A stretch of DNA of 64,000 nt from Alphaproteobacteria bacterium (GTDB taxonomy: Bacteria > Pseudomonadota > Alphaproteobacteria > UBA7887), in NCBI GenBank assembly GCA_965216755.1, contig CBDCGL010000011.1:2528001-2592000 (forward strand), written 5' to 3'. Positions 40,127 to 49,800 of this stretch are shown here, piece after piece. The first letter of the stretch is position 1, and the number at the start of each line of letters is the position of its first letter. The translations under genes and the position numbers were made by a program. Below the pieces are notes generated by a model. It did no database searches. It was given only the letters and a program-made list of their open reading frames with translations, and was not told where the DNA came from.

Positions 40127-41313
40127 GCCTGCTGAAGAACCCCTTTTTGTGGCAAGCCGTGGTCGCGCTGTTGTTTGTGCCCCTGCTGCTGACCATGGCG
40201 GCGCCGTTAGCCCCGGTCGCGCCCTTGATCGCGTTGGTGGCGGCCTGCTATGTGATCTGGCGTCTCACCCGCATCGGCGGCGTGGTACGACGGGCCGCTG
40301 CCGCCCTGGCGCCCGACCGCACGCCGCCGCGCGCACCCGCCATATCCGGCACGATCGCACCGCTCGAGCAAAGCGCCAAAATCGACCCCGATGACATGCG
40401 CCGCTATCTCAATGCCTGCGTCATCGGCCAGGACGTCGTCGCCGGACAACTGGCGCGCGGTATCTATCGTCGAATGGCCCAACAACAACGCAACAAACCG
40501 ATCTTTACGGCTTTGCTGAGCGGGCCCACCGGAACAGGCAAGACCGAAATCGCGAAAGCGGTCGCCCGTTATTTGTTTGGCAGCGTCAGCAGCATGTTTC
40601 GAGTCGACTGCGCCAATGTGCTCGGCGAAGCCGGCCTGCAAACTCTGATCGGATCGCCCAAGGGATTTGCCGGGTCCAGTTCGTGGGGATCGCTGACCGC
40701 CCATTTGCGGGCGATGCCACGCACTGTCCTGTTGTTCGACGAAATCGAAAAGGCGGTGCCTTCACCCACCGCACCGATGGCCAAATTGCTGTTGTCACTG
40801 CTCGATGAGGGCGTGTGTACCGAGCAAAGCGACGGCACCGCGGTCAGCGCAACCGAGGCGGTGATCCTGCTCACCTCGAACGCGGCGCAAAAGCGCCTTG
40901 GCCCCATATTCCAGCAATATCGGGACAAGCCCGAGGAGCTGGTCCGGGCCACCAAGGACACGCTTCAGGACCATTTTGCCCCCGAATTCCTGGCCCGTAT
41001 CGATCTGGTCACCACCCTGGCGCCGCTTGACGACCAGGCGCGCGGCAAGATCATCGCCATGCACGCCGGCCGCATCGGTGATTCCTATGGGGTCAGCATT
41101 GCCAGCGTCGACGCCTCCTTTGTCAACGAAGCCCTGCGTATCGCGAACAGTCTGGAAGACTACGGGACGCGTGAAATCATCCGTTGGGTCGAACAAGCCG
41201 TTGCCGACCAGTTGATCAAGGCGGCGGAAAGCGGCACCAAACGCGCCTCGCTCGCTTGGTTAGACGGCGCCGTGCGGGTCACACCGGTCAGCGACGCCGC
41301 CGAAACGCCGTGA
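40123..41313 (+). CDS. Membrane-anchored single-domain Clp/Hsp100-type AAA+ ATPase (ClpB D2-like)
   Basis: N-terminal ~40-aa hydrophobic segment; VIGQD, Walker A GPTGTGKTE, pore loop LIGSPKGFAG, Walker B LLFDEIEKA, sensor 1 LTSN, PEFLARID, sensor 2 YGTR. Confidence 0.88.
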   Translation: MSLLKNPFLWQAVVALLFVPLLLTMAAPLAPVAPLIALVAACYVIWRLTRIGGVVRRAAAALAPDRTPPRAPAISGTIAPLEQSAKIDPDDMRRYLNACVIGQDVVAGQLARGIYRRMAQQQRNKPIFTALLSGPTGTGKTEIAKAVARYLFGSVSSMFRVDCANVLGEAGLQTLIGSPKGFAGSSSWGSLTAHLRAMPRTVLLFDEIEKAVPSPTAPMAKLLLSLLDEGVCTEQSDGTAVSATEAVILLTSNAAQKRLGPIFQQYRDKPEELVRATKDTLQDHFAPEFLARIDLVTTLAPLDDQARGKIIAMHAGRIGDSYGVSIASVDASFVNEALRIANSLEDYGTREIIRWVEQAVADQLIKAAESGTKRASLAWLDGAVRVTPVSDAAETP

Positions 41314-41329
41314 TGACCCGCCCCCGGCC

Positions 41330-44300
41330 ATGACGGCACCGGCACCCAAGACCGGGCTTGGTGCCCGCCTTTCGTGGATTCTCCGCCACGACTGGCTGTT
41401 TGTTCCCGCCATGATTGTGACCCTGTATGGCGGTTATCTGTCGGTCACGGCGCCGCCCAATTGGCTGCAGCGTGTACCTGTCGCGGTCGATGATGTGGTC
41501 ACTGGCGCCCGACAGGACTTGACCGCGACCGTCGATGAACTTCAAGTGGCCAGCAACGAAGCGCGCCGCCTGTTTGACGATGCCAGCGCTGAATTCGCGC
41601 AGGAACGGGAGTCGCTGCAAGACGCGGTCGCATCGCGCGACACCGAAATCGACGCGCTCAACGAGTCCTTGGACGAGACGCGCGAGGCACTCGATCAACG
41701 CACCCAAACCTTGAATGAACGCGACGCGCGTTTGGCCGAATCGCGCGACTCGGTCGCCGCCTTGGAACAAGAAGCCACCGCAATCGCAAGCGAACGCGAC
41801 GACCTGCGTACGGCGCTGGATTTTGCCGAATCCGACCTGGCGCGCGCGCAGGACCGGGTTGCCGCTTTGCAGGCCGCGTTGGCCGAACGCGCCGCGTCCG
41901 TCGAATCGCTGACCAGCGAGGCCGCCAATGCCAGCACACAAACCGATGCCCTGCGCGACTCTCTGACCGGCGCGCAACGAGACCTTGACGCTGCCGAGCA
42001 ACGCGTCGTGGCCTTAGAGGAAGCTCTGGCCGATCGTGAGGCCAGCGTCACGCGACTCGAAGAACAGTTGACCGCGACAGCGGCCGAACGTCGCGAACTG
42101 GAAAGTGCACTGAGCGCCGCACAACAGGACGTCGCGGCGGCACGCGACCAAGCGGCTGTCTCAGACGCCCGAGTCGCGGAACAAGCCGCAGAAATCACCG
42201 CGGACCAGCAAGAGATCACCAGGCTCAACACGGCTTTGACGACCGCACGCGCGCAAACTGCCGCGACGGAACAGCAAATGGTCGAGGTGAACAGCGGTTT
42301 GGACGCTTTGCGCAACGAACGCGCGGCCTTGGCCGCGTCTGTCGACAGCCAAAGACAGCGCATCGCGACATTGACGTCAACGCTGGCCGACGCCGAAACC
42401 CAGCTCGGTCAAAGTGCCGCCCAGTTGGCGGCGCGCGACGCCACGATCGAGCAACTCAACCAGCAAATCAGATCCGCCCAATCGGCCTCCGACAGCCTGC
42501 GTGAAACGCTGTCCGACGTGACCACGGCCAGCGGCGAGACCCAAGGCCAAATCGCCACGCTCGGCGCCACGCTGGCGCAAACCCGGGCCGAACGGACCGC
42601 ATTGGCCACGGAGGTCGCGGCACAGCAAGCGCAAATCGAAACGCTCAATGCGGCGCTGGGAGACGCCCGAACTGCGTTGGAAAGCGGCACCGCGACGTTG
42701 GCCGAACGCGAAGCGGCGGTGGCGTCGTTGGAAGAGCAAATCGCGGCCGCGACGGCGGAACGGGCCCGTTTGGTCGCGTCGGTGCAAGAAGCCGAAGCGG
42801 CCGCTGCCGACGCGCGGGCACAGACGTCAGATCTTGAAGCCCGTTTGCAAGAACAGGCTGCCGCGATTGCCACGCAGGAACAACAGGTCACGATATTGCG
42901 CACCGACCTTGATGCCGCGCGCGAGGCGGCGACGGCCGCAACGGCCGATGCCGCTGCGCTGGCCACCGATCGCGACGCGTTGGTCGCGGAACGTGACCAA
43001 TTGGCCGAGGCGCGGACAGCCGAAGCCGACCGCATCACGACGCTGACAGCGTCACTGGCGGCGGCCCAAGCGGCACACGACGACACCCTCGCCACGCTTG
43101 CCGAACGGGAGGCGGCCGCCGAAATCGTCACAAGCCAGGTCGCCGAGGCCGCGCAACAACGCGCGCAATTGCAAGCCGCCCTGGCCGATGCGGAACAAGC
43201 GGCGGCCGCGGCGAGCAGGCGCGCGGCCGCGCTGGAGCAGCAAGTGCGCGATCAGGCCGGCGCCGACGCAGACGCGTCGCAGATCGCCGATTTGACAATC
43301 CGTCTGCGCGACGTGGAAAACGAACGCGATGCGGCGTTGGCATCCTTGGCCGAGGCGGAAGAAGGCGCCGCGGCCGCAACCAATCGCGTGGCCGAACTGC
43401 AGCGCCAAGCCCAAAATCAGGCCGCTGCCGATGCGTCAGAGATCGCTGACCTGGACGCCCGCCTGCAAGAGGTCGAAGACGCGCGCGAAGCCCTTTCCAC
43501 CGAATTGACCGAGCAACAGGCGATGGCGACATCGCTGACCGCGGCGCGTGAGACCGCCGAGGCAGCGCTCGTTGAGGCCAATCGTGAGACCGCGGAATTG
43601 ACCGAACGGCTGCAAGGCATTGACTCCGAACGTGCGACCTTGGCGGCGAACGTAACGTCCCAGCAACAGGAAATGGCGGCTTTGTCCGCGTCACTCGCCA
43701 ACGCCAAAGCGGACTTTGACGGGCAAACCATCGATTTGGCGGAACGCGACGAAACCATCGCGAAATTGACGGCCCGAGTGACCGACGCCGAAGCCGAGAC
43801 CGAACGCCTGTCGGCCGCGGTGGCCGATGGCCGCACCGCCCTGGCGGACAGGGAAACCGACTTGGCGGACGCCCGACGACAAGCCGACGCCGAGCGCGCC
43901 GAATTGGAGCAACTCGGCGACCGCTTGCGCCAATCGGAACGCGAATTGGCACGGCGCACCCGGCTGGCCGGAGCTTTGCAATCGGAAGTCATGCGCCTGA
44001 TGGGAGCCCTTGGCGCATCCCAGAAAGCCGCCGGCACCGGCGATGCGGAGTCGGGCACGGGGCCTGGACAGGCAGCGGCATCCGGTGGCGCCGGATCCGA
44101 CATCGGCAAATATCGGTCGGCGTTCTTCGCGTTGCTCAGCGCGGTGGTTGGTACACGCAGCGATGTGCGCACGGTCGGCGATCGTTTTGTGTTTCCGTCA
44201 GAGGTCTTCTTTCCATCGGGTTCGGCGATCCTTGGCCCCGAAGGCCGCGCGGAATTGGACAAGGTCGCCGATGCGCTATTGGAAATTGCACGCAACATTC

Positions 44301-44557
44301 CGCCGGAAACATCGTGGGTGTTGCGGGTCGACGGTCATACCGACCGGCGCCCCATTCAGACCTCGGAATTTCCGTCGAATTGGGAGCTGTCGACAGCCCG
44401 GGCGCTGTCTGTGGTGCGCTATTTGATCGAACGCGGGATCCCGCCCGACCGCTTGGCCGCGTCGGGATTCGGCGAGTTTCACCCAATCGATCCTGGCCAG
44501 TCCGGAGACGCCTTTCGCCGCAATCGGCGTATAGAACTAAAACTCACCACACGCTGA
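41330..44557 (+). CDS. Single-TM giant coiled-coil protein with a C-terminal OmpA/MotB-like peptidoglycan-binding domain
   Basis: TM near aa 22-40; ~830 aa of Ala/Glu/Gln-rich heptads; GDRFVFPSEVFF, VDGHTD, NWELSTARA and NRRIELK. Confidence 0.88.
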   Translation: MTAPAPKTGLGARLSWILRHDWLFVPAMIVTLYGGYLSVTAPPNWLQRVPVAVDDVVTGARQDLTATVDELQVASNEARRLFDDASAEFAQERESLQDAVASRDTEIDALNESLDETREALDQRTQTLNERDARLAESRDSVAALEQEATAIASERDDLRTALDFAESDLARAQDRVAALQAALAERAASVESLTSEAANASTQTDALRDSLTGAQRDLDAAEQRVVALEEALADREASVTRLEEQLTATAAERRELESALSAAQQDVAAARDQAAVSDARVAEQAAEITADQQEITRLNTALTTARAQTAATEQQMVEVNSGLDALRNERAALAASVDSQRQRIATLTSTLADAETQLGQSAAQLAARDATIEQLNQQIRSAQSASDSLRETLSDVTTASGETQGQIATLGATLAQTRAERTALATEVAAQQAQIETLNAALGDARTALESGTATLAEREAAVASLEEQIAAATAERARLVASVQEAEAAAADARAQTSDLEARLQEQAAAIATQEQQVTILRTDLDAAREAATAATADAAALATDRDALVAERDQLAEARTAEADRITTLTASLAAAQAAHDDTLATLAEREAAAEIVTSQVAEAAQQRAQLQAALADAEQAAAAASRRAAALEQQVRDQAGADADASQIADLTIRLRDVENERDAALASLAEAEEGAAAATNRVAELQRQAQNQAAADASEIADLDARLQEVEDAREALSTELTEQQAMATSLTAARETAEAALVEANRETAELTERLQGIDSERATLAANVTSQQQEMAALSASLANAKADFDGQTIDLAERDETIAKLTARVTDAEAETERLSAAVADGRTALADRETDLADARRQADAERAELEQLGDRLRQSERELARRTRLAGALQSEVMRLMGALGASQKAAGTGDAESGTGPGQAAASGGAGSDIGKYRSAFFALLSAVVGTRSDVRTVGDRFVFPSEVFFPSGSAILGPEGRAELDKVADALLEIARNIPPETSWVLRVDGHTDRRPIQTSEFPSNWELSTARALSVVRYLIERGIPPDRLAASGFGEFHPIDPGQSGDAFRRNRRIELKLTTR

Positions 44558-44571
44558 TCAATAACGGCACC

Positions 44572-44611
44572 GGACCGTGGCGGCCATGTCTGATACCGGC
44601 CGCCACGGTCC
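44572..44611. terminator. Hairpin between convergent genes
   Basis: 14-bp stem GGACCGTGGCGGCC / GGCCGCCACGGTCC with a 12-nt loop. Confidence 0.55.
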
Positions 44612-44669
44612 CGTCTCGTGAAATAGCCCGGACCCTTTTGCCATGAACCCGGTCTATCTCGGCGTGAAT

Positions 44670-45275
44670 TCAGCCGCCGAGATTGATGATCTTGACCCGT
44701 CGATTGGCCCCTGAGGCCGGATCGGCACTGTCATACAGCTCCGATTCGCCTTTGCCGACCGTCACCAGGCGGACATGGTCGACAGCGTGCCGTGAGATCA
44801 GATAATTCTGAACCGACAGCGCGCGTTTTTCGGACAAGCTCTGGTTGTAGCTGTCAGAGCCCACGGCGTCCGTGTGGCCTTCGATCACAAACTTAAACGC
44901 ACCGAGATCGTCAGAATTGAGCGCCGCGGCCAAGTTATCCAGCGTGGCCATGCCATCCGGCGTCAACTCCGCAGAGTCGAACCCGAACTCGATCCGCACC
45001 GAGGCGGCGGGACTCAATTGCTCGGGTTGAGCCTGTGTCGCCGCTGTTTGCGGCATCGTTTCCGGATCGGCGTTCGGATCCGGTCGACGTTGAATGCCAC
45101 GCGTGCGGAACATTGGCTGCGGCTTGAGCGCTTGGATGAAATCATCAACGCTGGCGCCATCTTCCAAATAAGCGCTGGCGTCATCAGCTAAGACACCCTG
45201 ATTTGGGCCAAAAACAGCGACGAGCGCCGCGGTCACGGCCACCACGGTTAAACTGCGCATTACGTTCATCGTCAC
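44670..45275 (-). CDS. Exported OmpA-family (C-terminal domain) protein
   Basis: Signal peptide; IEFGFDSAEL, IEGHTDAVG, YNQSLSEKRA and NRRVKI. Confidence 0.9.
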   Translation of the reverse strand: MTMNVMRSLTVVAVTAALVAVFGPNQGVLADDASAYLEDGASVDDFIQALKPQPMFRTRGIQRRPDPNADPETMPQTAATQAQPEQLSPAASVRIEFGFDSAELTPDGMATLDNLAAALNSDDLGAFKFVIEGHTDAVGSDSYNQSLSEKRALSVQNYLISRHAVDHVRLVTVGKGESELYDSADPASGANRRVKIINLGG

Positions 45276-45520
45276 CCCTCTGTCAGGCTTCTTTCGTTAT
45301 TATAACGGGTGTCGGCACTATTGCAGACACCTTAGTCTAACACGCAACAGGACTGGGTGAGGGGTTTGTGGACCAGGGCCGGTGTGCGATGAAATTAAAG
45401 GGTGTTGCATTTTTGCGCCTCGATAAAACGTAGCAACAAGTGAACACGTGAAAAAATCGCGCTTTGTAACTGGAAAGCAAAGGGTTAGCCTTACGAACCA
45501 GAATAGACATTGATCGAATT

Positions 45521-46507
45521 ATGAAGCGCATCGCATTCATTACTGGCTTGCTGCTCTATGCGGCGCCGGCGCTAGCCGACGTGTCGGAAGCGCTGACGGC
45601 GTATCGGCGCGGCGACTACGCGACGGCGATCACCGAATTCACCGTGGCCGCGCAAGCCGGCGATCCTGTTGCACAGTTCAATTTGGCTGTGATTCACCAT
45701 AAGGGCGTCGGCACGTCGCCGGACCCGGCATTGGCCAGCGAATGGTACCGGGCCGCCGGTCTGCAGGGCTTGCAGCAAGCCCAGATTGAATTAGGTCGCA
45801 TGTATGCCACCGGCGCAGGCGCCTTTTGGAACGCCGAAGCCGCCGAGATCTGGTACCGTGCGGCGGCAAAACATGGTGACTCAACCGCGCAGTACCAACT
45901 TGGCGAGATGTACTACAGAGGCGACGGGGTTCAGAAGGACGGCGCCGAAGCCGCCAACTGGTTGCGCTTGGCCGTTGAGCAAAACCATGTGCGCGCGCAA
46001 TTCCTTTTGGGATACCTGCACGCTGCCGGAGTCGGCGTCGCGCAAAGCGATGAATTGGCGGCGAAGTATTATCGCATGGCCGCCGAGGCGGGATATCCGC
46101 CGGCGCAGTTGAATTTGGCCTTCATGTATTCCCATGGCAAGGGCGTGCCGCGCGATTTCAACGAAGCCACGAAATGGAATCGGCGCGCCGCGCGGCAAGG
46201 TTATGCCGGCGCGCAAGGCATTGATATTATTGAACGCAGCAATGTGGACGGGGTGCCACAGAGCTTCGTGGATGCCTATGCGTGGTGGCACATGGCCGCG
46301 GTCCACGGCAACCCCTTAGGGACCAGCTATCGCGACACCCTAAATACGCTGCTAACGCCCGAGGAAGTAACCGAAGCGATCGCTCTGTTTGACCAACTGA
46401 TGAGCGAAGCCAAGGTCGCCGGCAGCAGTCGGGCGACACCGCCCCGCGAGCGTTCGAACATGGTCAACAACCGGCCTGATTTGGCCATTCAAACGTCGGC
46501 AAAATAA
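45521..46507 (+). CDS. Exported Sel1-repeat protein
   Basis: Signal peptide ending ALA-D; about five AQxxLGxxYxxGxGV repeats. Confidence 0.9.
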   Translation: MKRIAFITGLLLYAAPALADVSEALTAYRRGDYATAITEFTVAAQAGDPVAQFNLAVIHHKGVGTSPDPALASEWYRAAGLQGLQQAQIELGRMYATGAGAFWNAEAAEIWYRAAAKHGDSTAQYQLGEMYYRGDGVQKDGAEAANWLRLAVEQNHVRAQFLLGYLHAAGVGVAQSDELAAKYYRMAAEAGYPPAQLNLAFMYSHGKGVPRDFNEATKWNRRAARQGYAGAQGIDIIERSNVDGVPQSFVDAYAWWHMAAVHGNPLGTSYRDTLNTLLTPEEVTEAIALFDQLMSEAKVAGSSRATPPRERSNMVNNRPDLAIQTSAK

Positions 46508-46821
46508 TCGTCGGCGATCACAAATTCGTCACCCCTCCTCCGTCACCGCCACGTGTCTACCGTTAGCAGGTTCTGCGTCTCCCGTGTCGCGCCCCGCGGT
46601 TTGGGTTCGATCTGCCGGCAACAATGCCGCGCAATCAATCCGTTGCCGCGCCACGTGCGCGTGCGCGCAGACCAGATCGACATGCCGCGCCGGACCCGTG
46701 CCGGAACATGGCAGTCGACATAATGAAGCAGGAAAGGAACGACGGGACGTGGCATGATGATTTCGCGAGCGTTAGGATTATTGCCCGCTGGTCGATGCCG
46801 CACATTGATTTGGAGGAAGCC

Positions 46822-49800
46822 ATGACTGTCGAAGCCTATGAGACGCATCCGCGTCGGTTTGGACCGCGTCGGTTTGCGACTTTGTCGGCACGCTGGGGTC
46901 TGTTCGCGGCCCTTTGCCTTGCGATGCCGGGTCTGGTTGTATCGGCGACCAGCAGCCCACATGGAGACTGGTTTATCCGGCCGGCAGCCGCCGCGACCAA
47001 CGTCGCCGATAAGTTCACCGTGGTCGATTGCGTACTGCCCGGGCAAGTGCGCAAGTTGGGTCGCCGGACAACCTATTTGACCGCCCGTCGGGCCACCAAA
47101 ACGTCGATCTTGGACTGCGAAATCCGTGGCGGCGAGTATGTCGCCTATGACCGTGCTTCGTATCAGACGGCCCTGAATGTATGGATGGACGAGGCCGGCG
47201 CGGGCGATCCGCAAGCCCAGCTTTACGTTGGCGAGATCTACGAGAAAGGCCTCGGCGTGGCGCCCGATTACGACCTCGCCGCGGTCTGGTACAAAAAGGC
47301 GGCCGAACAAGGCCTGGCGCCGGCTCAAGTCAATCTCGGCAATCTCTATGAAAAAGGTCTCGGCGTGCCCAAGGATCCGGACACTGCCCTGGCGTGGTAT
47401 CGCCGCGCGTCCGGATTACCGGATGTCGGCCTCGACTATATGCCGTTTGGTGACTTTGCTCAGCAGGTCGAAGGGTTGCGCCAAGAACTGGCGTCACGCA
47501 CCGAACAGCTAGAGCTGCGCACAGAGGAATTGGCGCAACGGACCCAGGAGGTCGAGCAGTTGCGAGGGTCCCTGGGTCAAGCGCAGCGCAGCCTGCATGA
47601 AACGACCCGTCAGTTATCGGCAAGCCAAAAAGCCGCCAGTGCCAAGCAAGCCGAATTGGCCGCGGAGCAGCAAGCCCTAGCCGCGGAACGCGCCGCCCTG
47701 ACCGCCTCGACCGAAGCCGTGAAGACCGAACGCGCCCGCCTGGAAGCGGCGCTGCAGAACGCCGGCGGTACCGACCCGGCGGAACTGCAAGCCTTGCAAG
47801 CGCGGCTTCAAGAGAGCGAACAAAACGTCGCGAAGCACCGCCAAGCCCTTGAAATCCGCAACCAACAAGTGACCCAGCTGAACAGCGAAGTCACCCAACG
47901 GAACCAAGAAATTGCCGCGTTGCAGACGGTCGCGGACAGCAAGGACGCGGAGTTCGCCGCGCTCAAACAAGAGCTCAGTGAGGGCAGCTCAGGCGCCGTT
48001 GCGTTGCGCCAACAGCTGGACCGTCGTGAGGCTGAACTGAAACAACTGACCGCCAAGCTCAGCGGCACCCAAACCGAACTGGAGACCACCAAGAACGCGT
48101 TGGCCGCGCGTACGTCCGAGGCCACCGCCCAGCGGCAACAGTTGGACAGTGTGCGCAGCGAACTTGAGGCGCAACAAAAAGCGCTCGACGCACTCAAAGC
48201 CCAGCAAGACGGTTTGGTCGACAAAGAAGAAGCCGACTCGGCCCGCAACACTTTACAAATGCAACTGCAAGACCGCGCCGATGCCTATATCCAAGCGGAG
48301 GCCGAGGTCGCCCGGCTCAACAGCGCCCTTGCCGACAGCCAGGGCGAGGTGGCGCAACTGCAAAACCAAGTCAACCAACTCGCGGTGCAAGCGACCAACC
48401 AGCGCGAGCAATTGGCCTCCGCGGAACTGGCGGTAGAATCCTCGTCGGCCACCGAAGACGCACTCAAGCAAGAGGTTGAGCGACGCGCCGCCGAGGTCGG
48501 AAGCCTGAACCAGCAATTGGCGGAACTTGCCGACACGTTGCAGCAGAAGTCCGCGCAACTGGCACGACGGGAAGCCGATTCGGAACTTGCCAGCAATCAG
48601 TTGGCCGCCGCGCAACAGGAGCTATCGGATACACGCACGGCGCTCGAAGCGCTGCAATCGGATACCACCGCCAATACGGCCGACTTGAACCAGCGGATCC
48701 AAGCATTGACCGCGCAATACCAAGCGGGACAGGAGAAAGCCGCGCAGCTCGACGCCGAGTTGGCGGATAGTCGCTCGGAGATCGGCCGCCTTGAGTCGCA
48801 ATTGGCCAACCTCGAGGTCACCGCCAATAGCCAGGAACAGGAACTGGTCACGGCAGAGCAGCAGTTTGTTGACGCCGGCCCGATCATCGAACTGATCGAC
48901 CCGGCATTGCTGGTCACGCCCGAAGGGCGCACCATCGCGCGTACGCGCGGCGGCATCGAAAGTCGCGTGCTCATCGGGCGGGTCACCGCACCATCTGGCC
49001 TGTTGACCCTGACCATCAACGACGTCGAACAGCAGTTCGACGAGCAAGGCCTGTTTCGGGCCAGCTTGCCGGTCATCGGCGCCACCACCGGCGTCACGAT
49101 TAGCGCGGTCGATAGCAACGGCTATCGCAGCGCGTTGGACTTCTCTCTTGAGCTCGACGGCTCTGGCGAGATTGCCGCGCCGCCAACACCAGAGGTCAAG
49201 ACCCCCAGTCAACCGCCGCTGGTGCCGATTGCCGATGTCAAGTTCGGCAATTACTACGCGCTGGTCATCGGTAGCAACGACTACGCGCACCTGCCTGATC
49301 TGGAGACCGCGATTACCGACGCCCGCGCCGTTTCGCAGGTGTTGCGGGACAAGTACGGCTTTATCGTGACCACGCTGGAAAACGCAACCCGTTACGACAT
49401 TCTGTCGGCGATGAACGAATTCCGCGAGACGCTAACGGAAGAAGACAACTTCCTGCTCTATTACGCGGGTCATGGTGAGCTCGACCGCGTCAATCAACGC
49501 GGCCACTGGCTGCCCATCGATGCCGAGCCGGACAGCACCGCCAATTGGATCTCCAACGTGGCGATCGCCGACATCCTCAACGCGATGAACGCCAAGCATG
49601 TCTTGGTGGTGGCGGATTCGTGCTATTCCGGCGCCCTGACACGCACCGCTTTGGCGCGCCTCAACACCGGCATGACGCAAGAGCAACTGACCCAGTGGCT
49701 CAAGGTGATGGTGCAAAAACGCGCCCGTCTGGCGTTGACGTCGGGTGGCTTGCAGCCTGTCTATGACAGCTTCGGCGGCGATCATTCGGTATTCGCTAAC

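Noticed and set aside
41330-44557. Zorya ZorB or flagellar MotB
   Set aside because: No ZorA/MotA partner is adjacent, there are no flagellar or ZorC/D/E genes, and the coiled coil is on the OmpA-bearing chain
45403-45438. CRP-family operator in the divergent OmpA/Sel1 promoter region
   Set aside because: Only a 6-bp inverted repeat (TGTTGC/GCAACA) with a 24-nt spacer, which does not fit TGTGA-N6-TCACA
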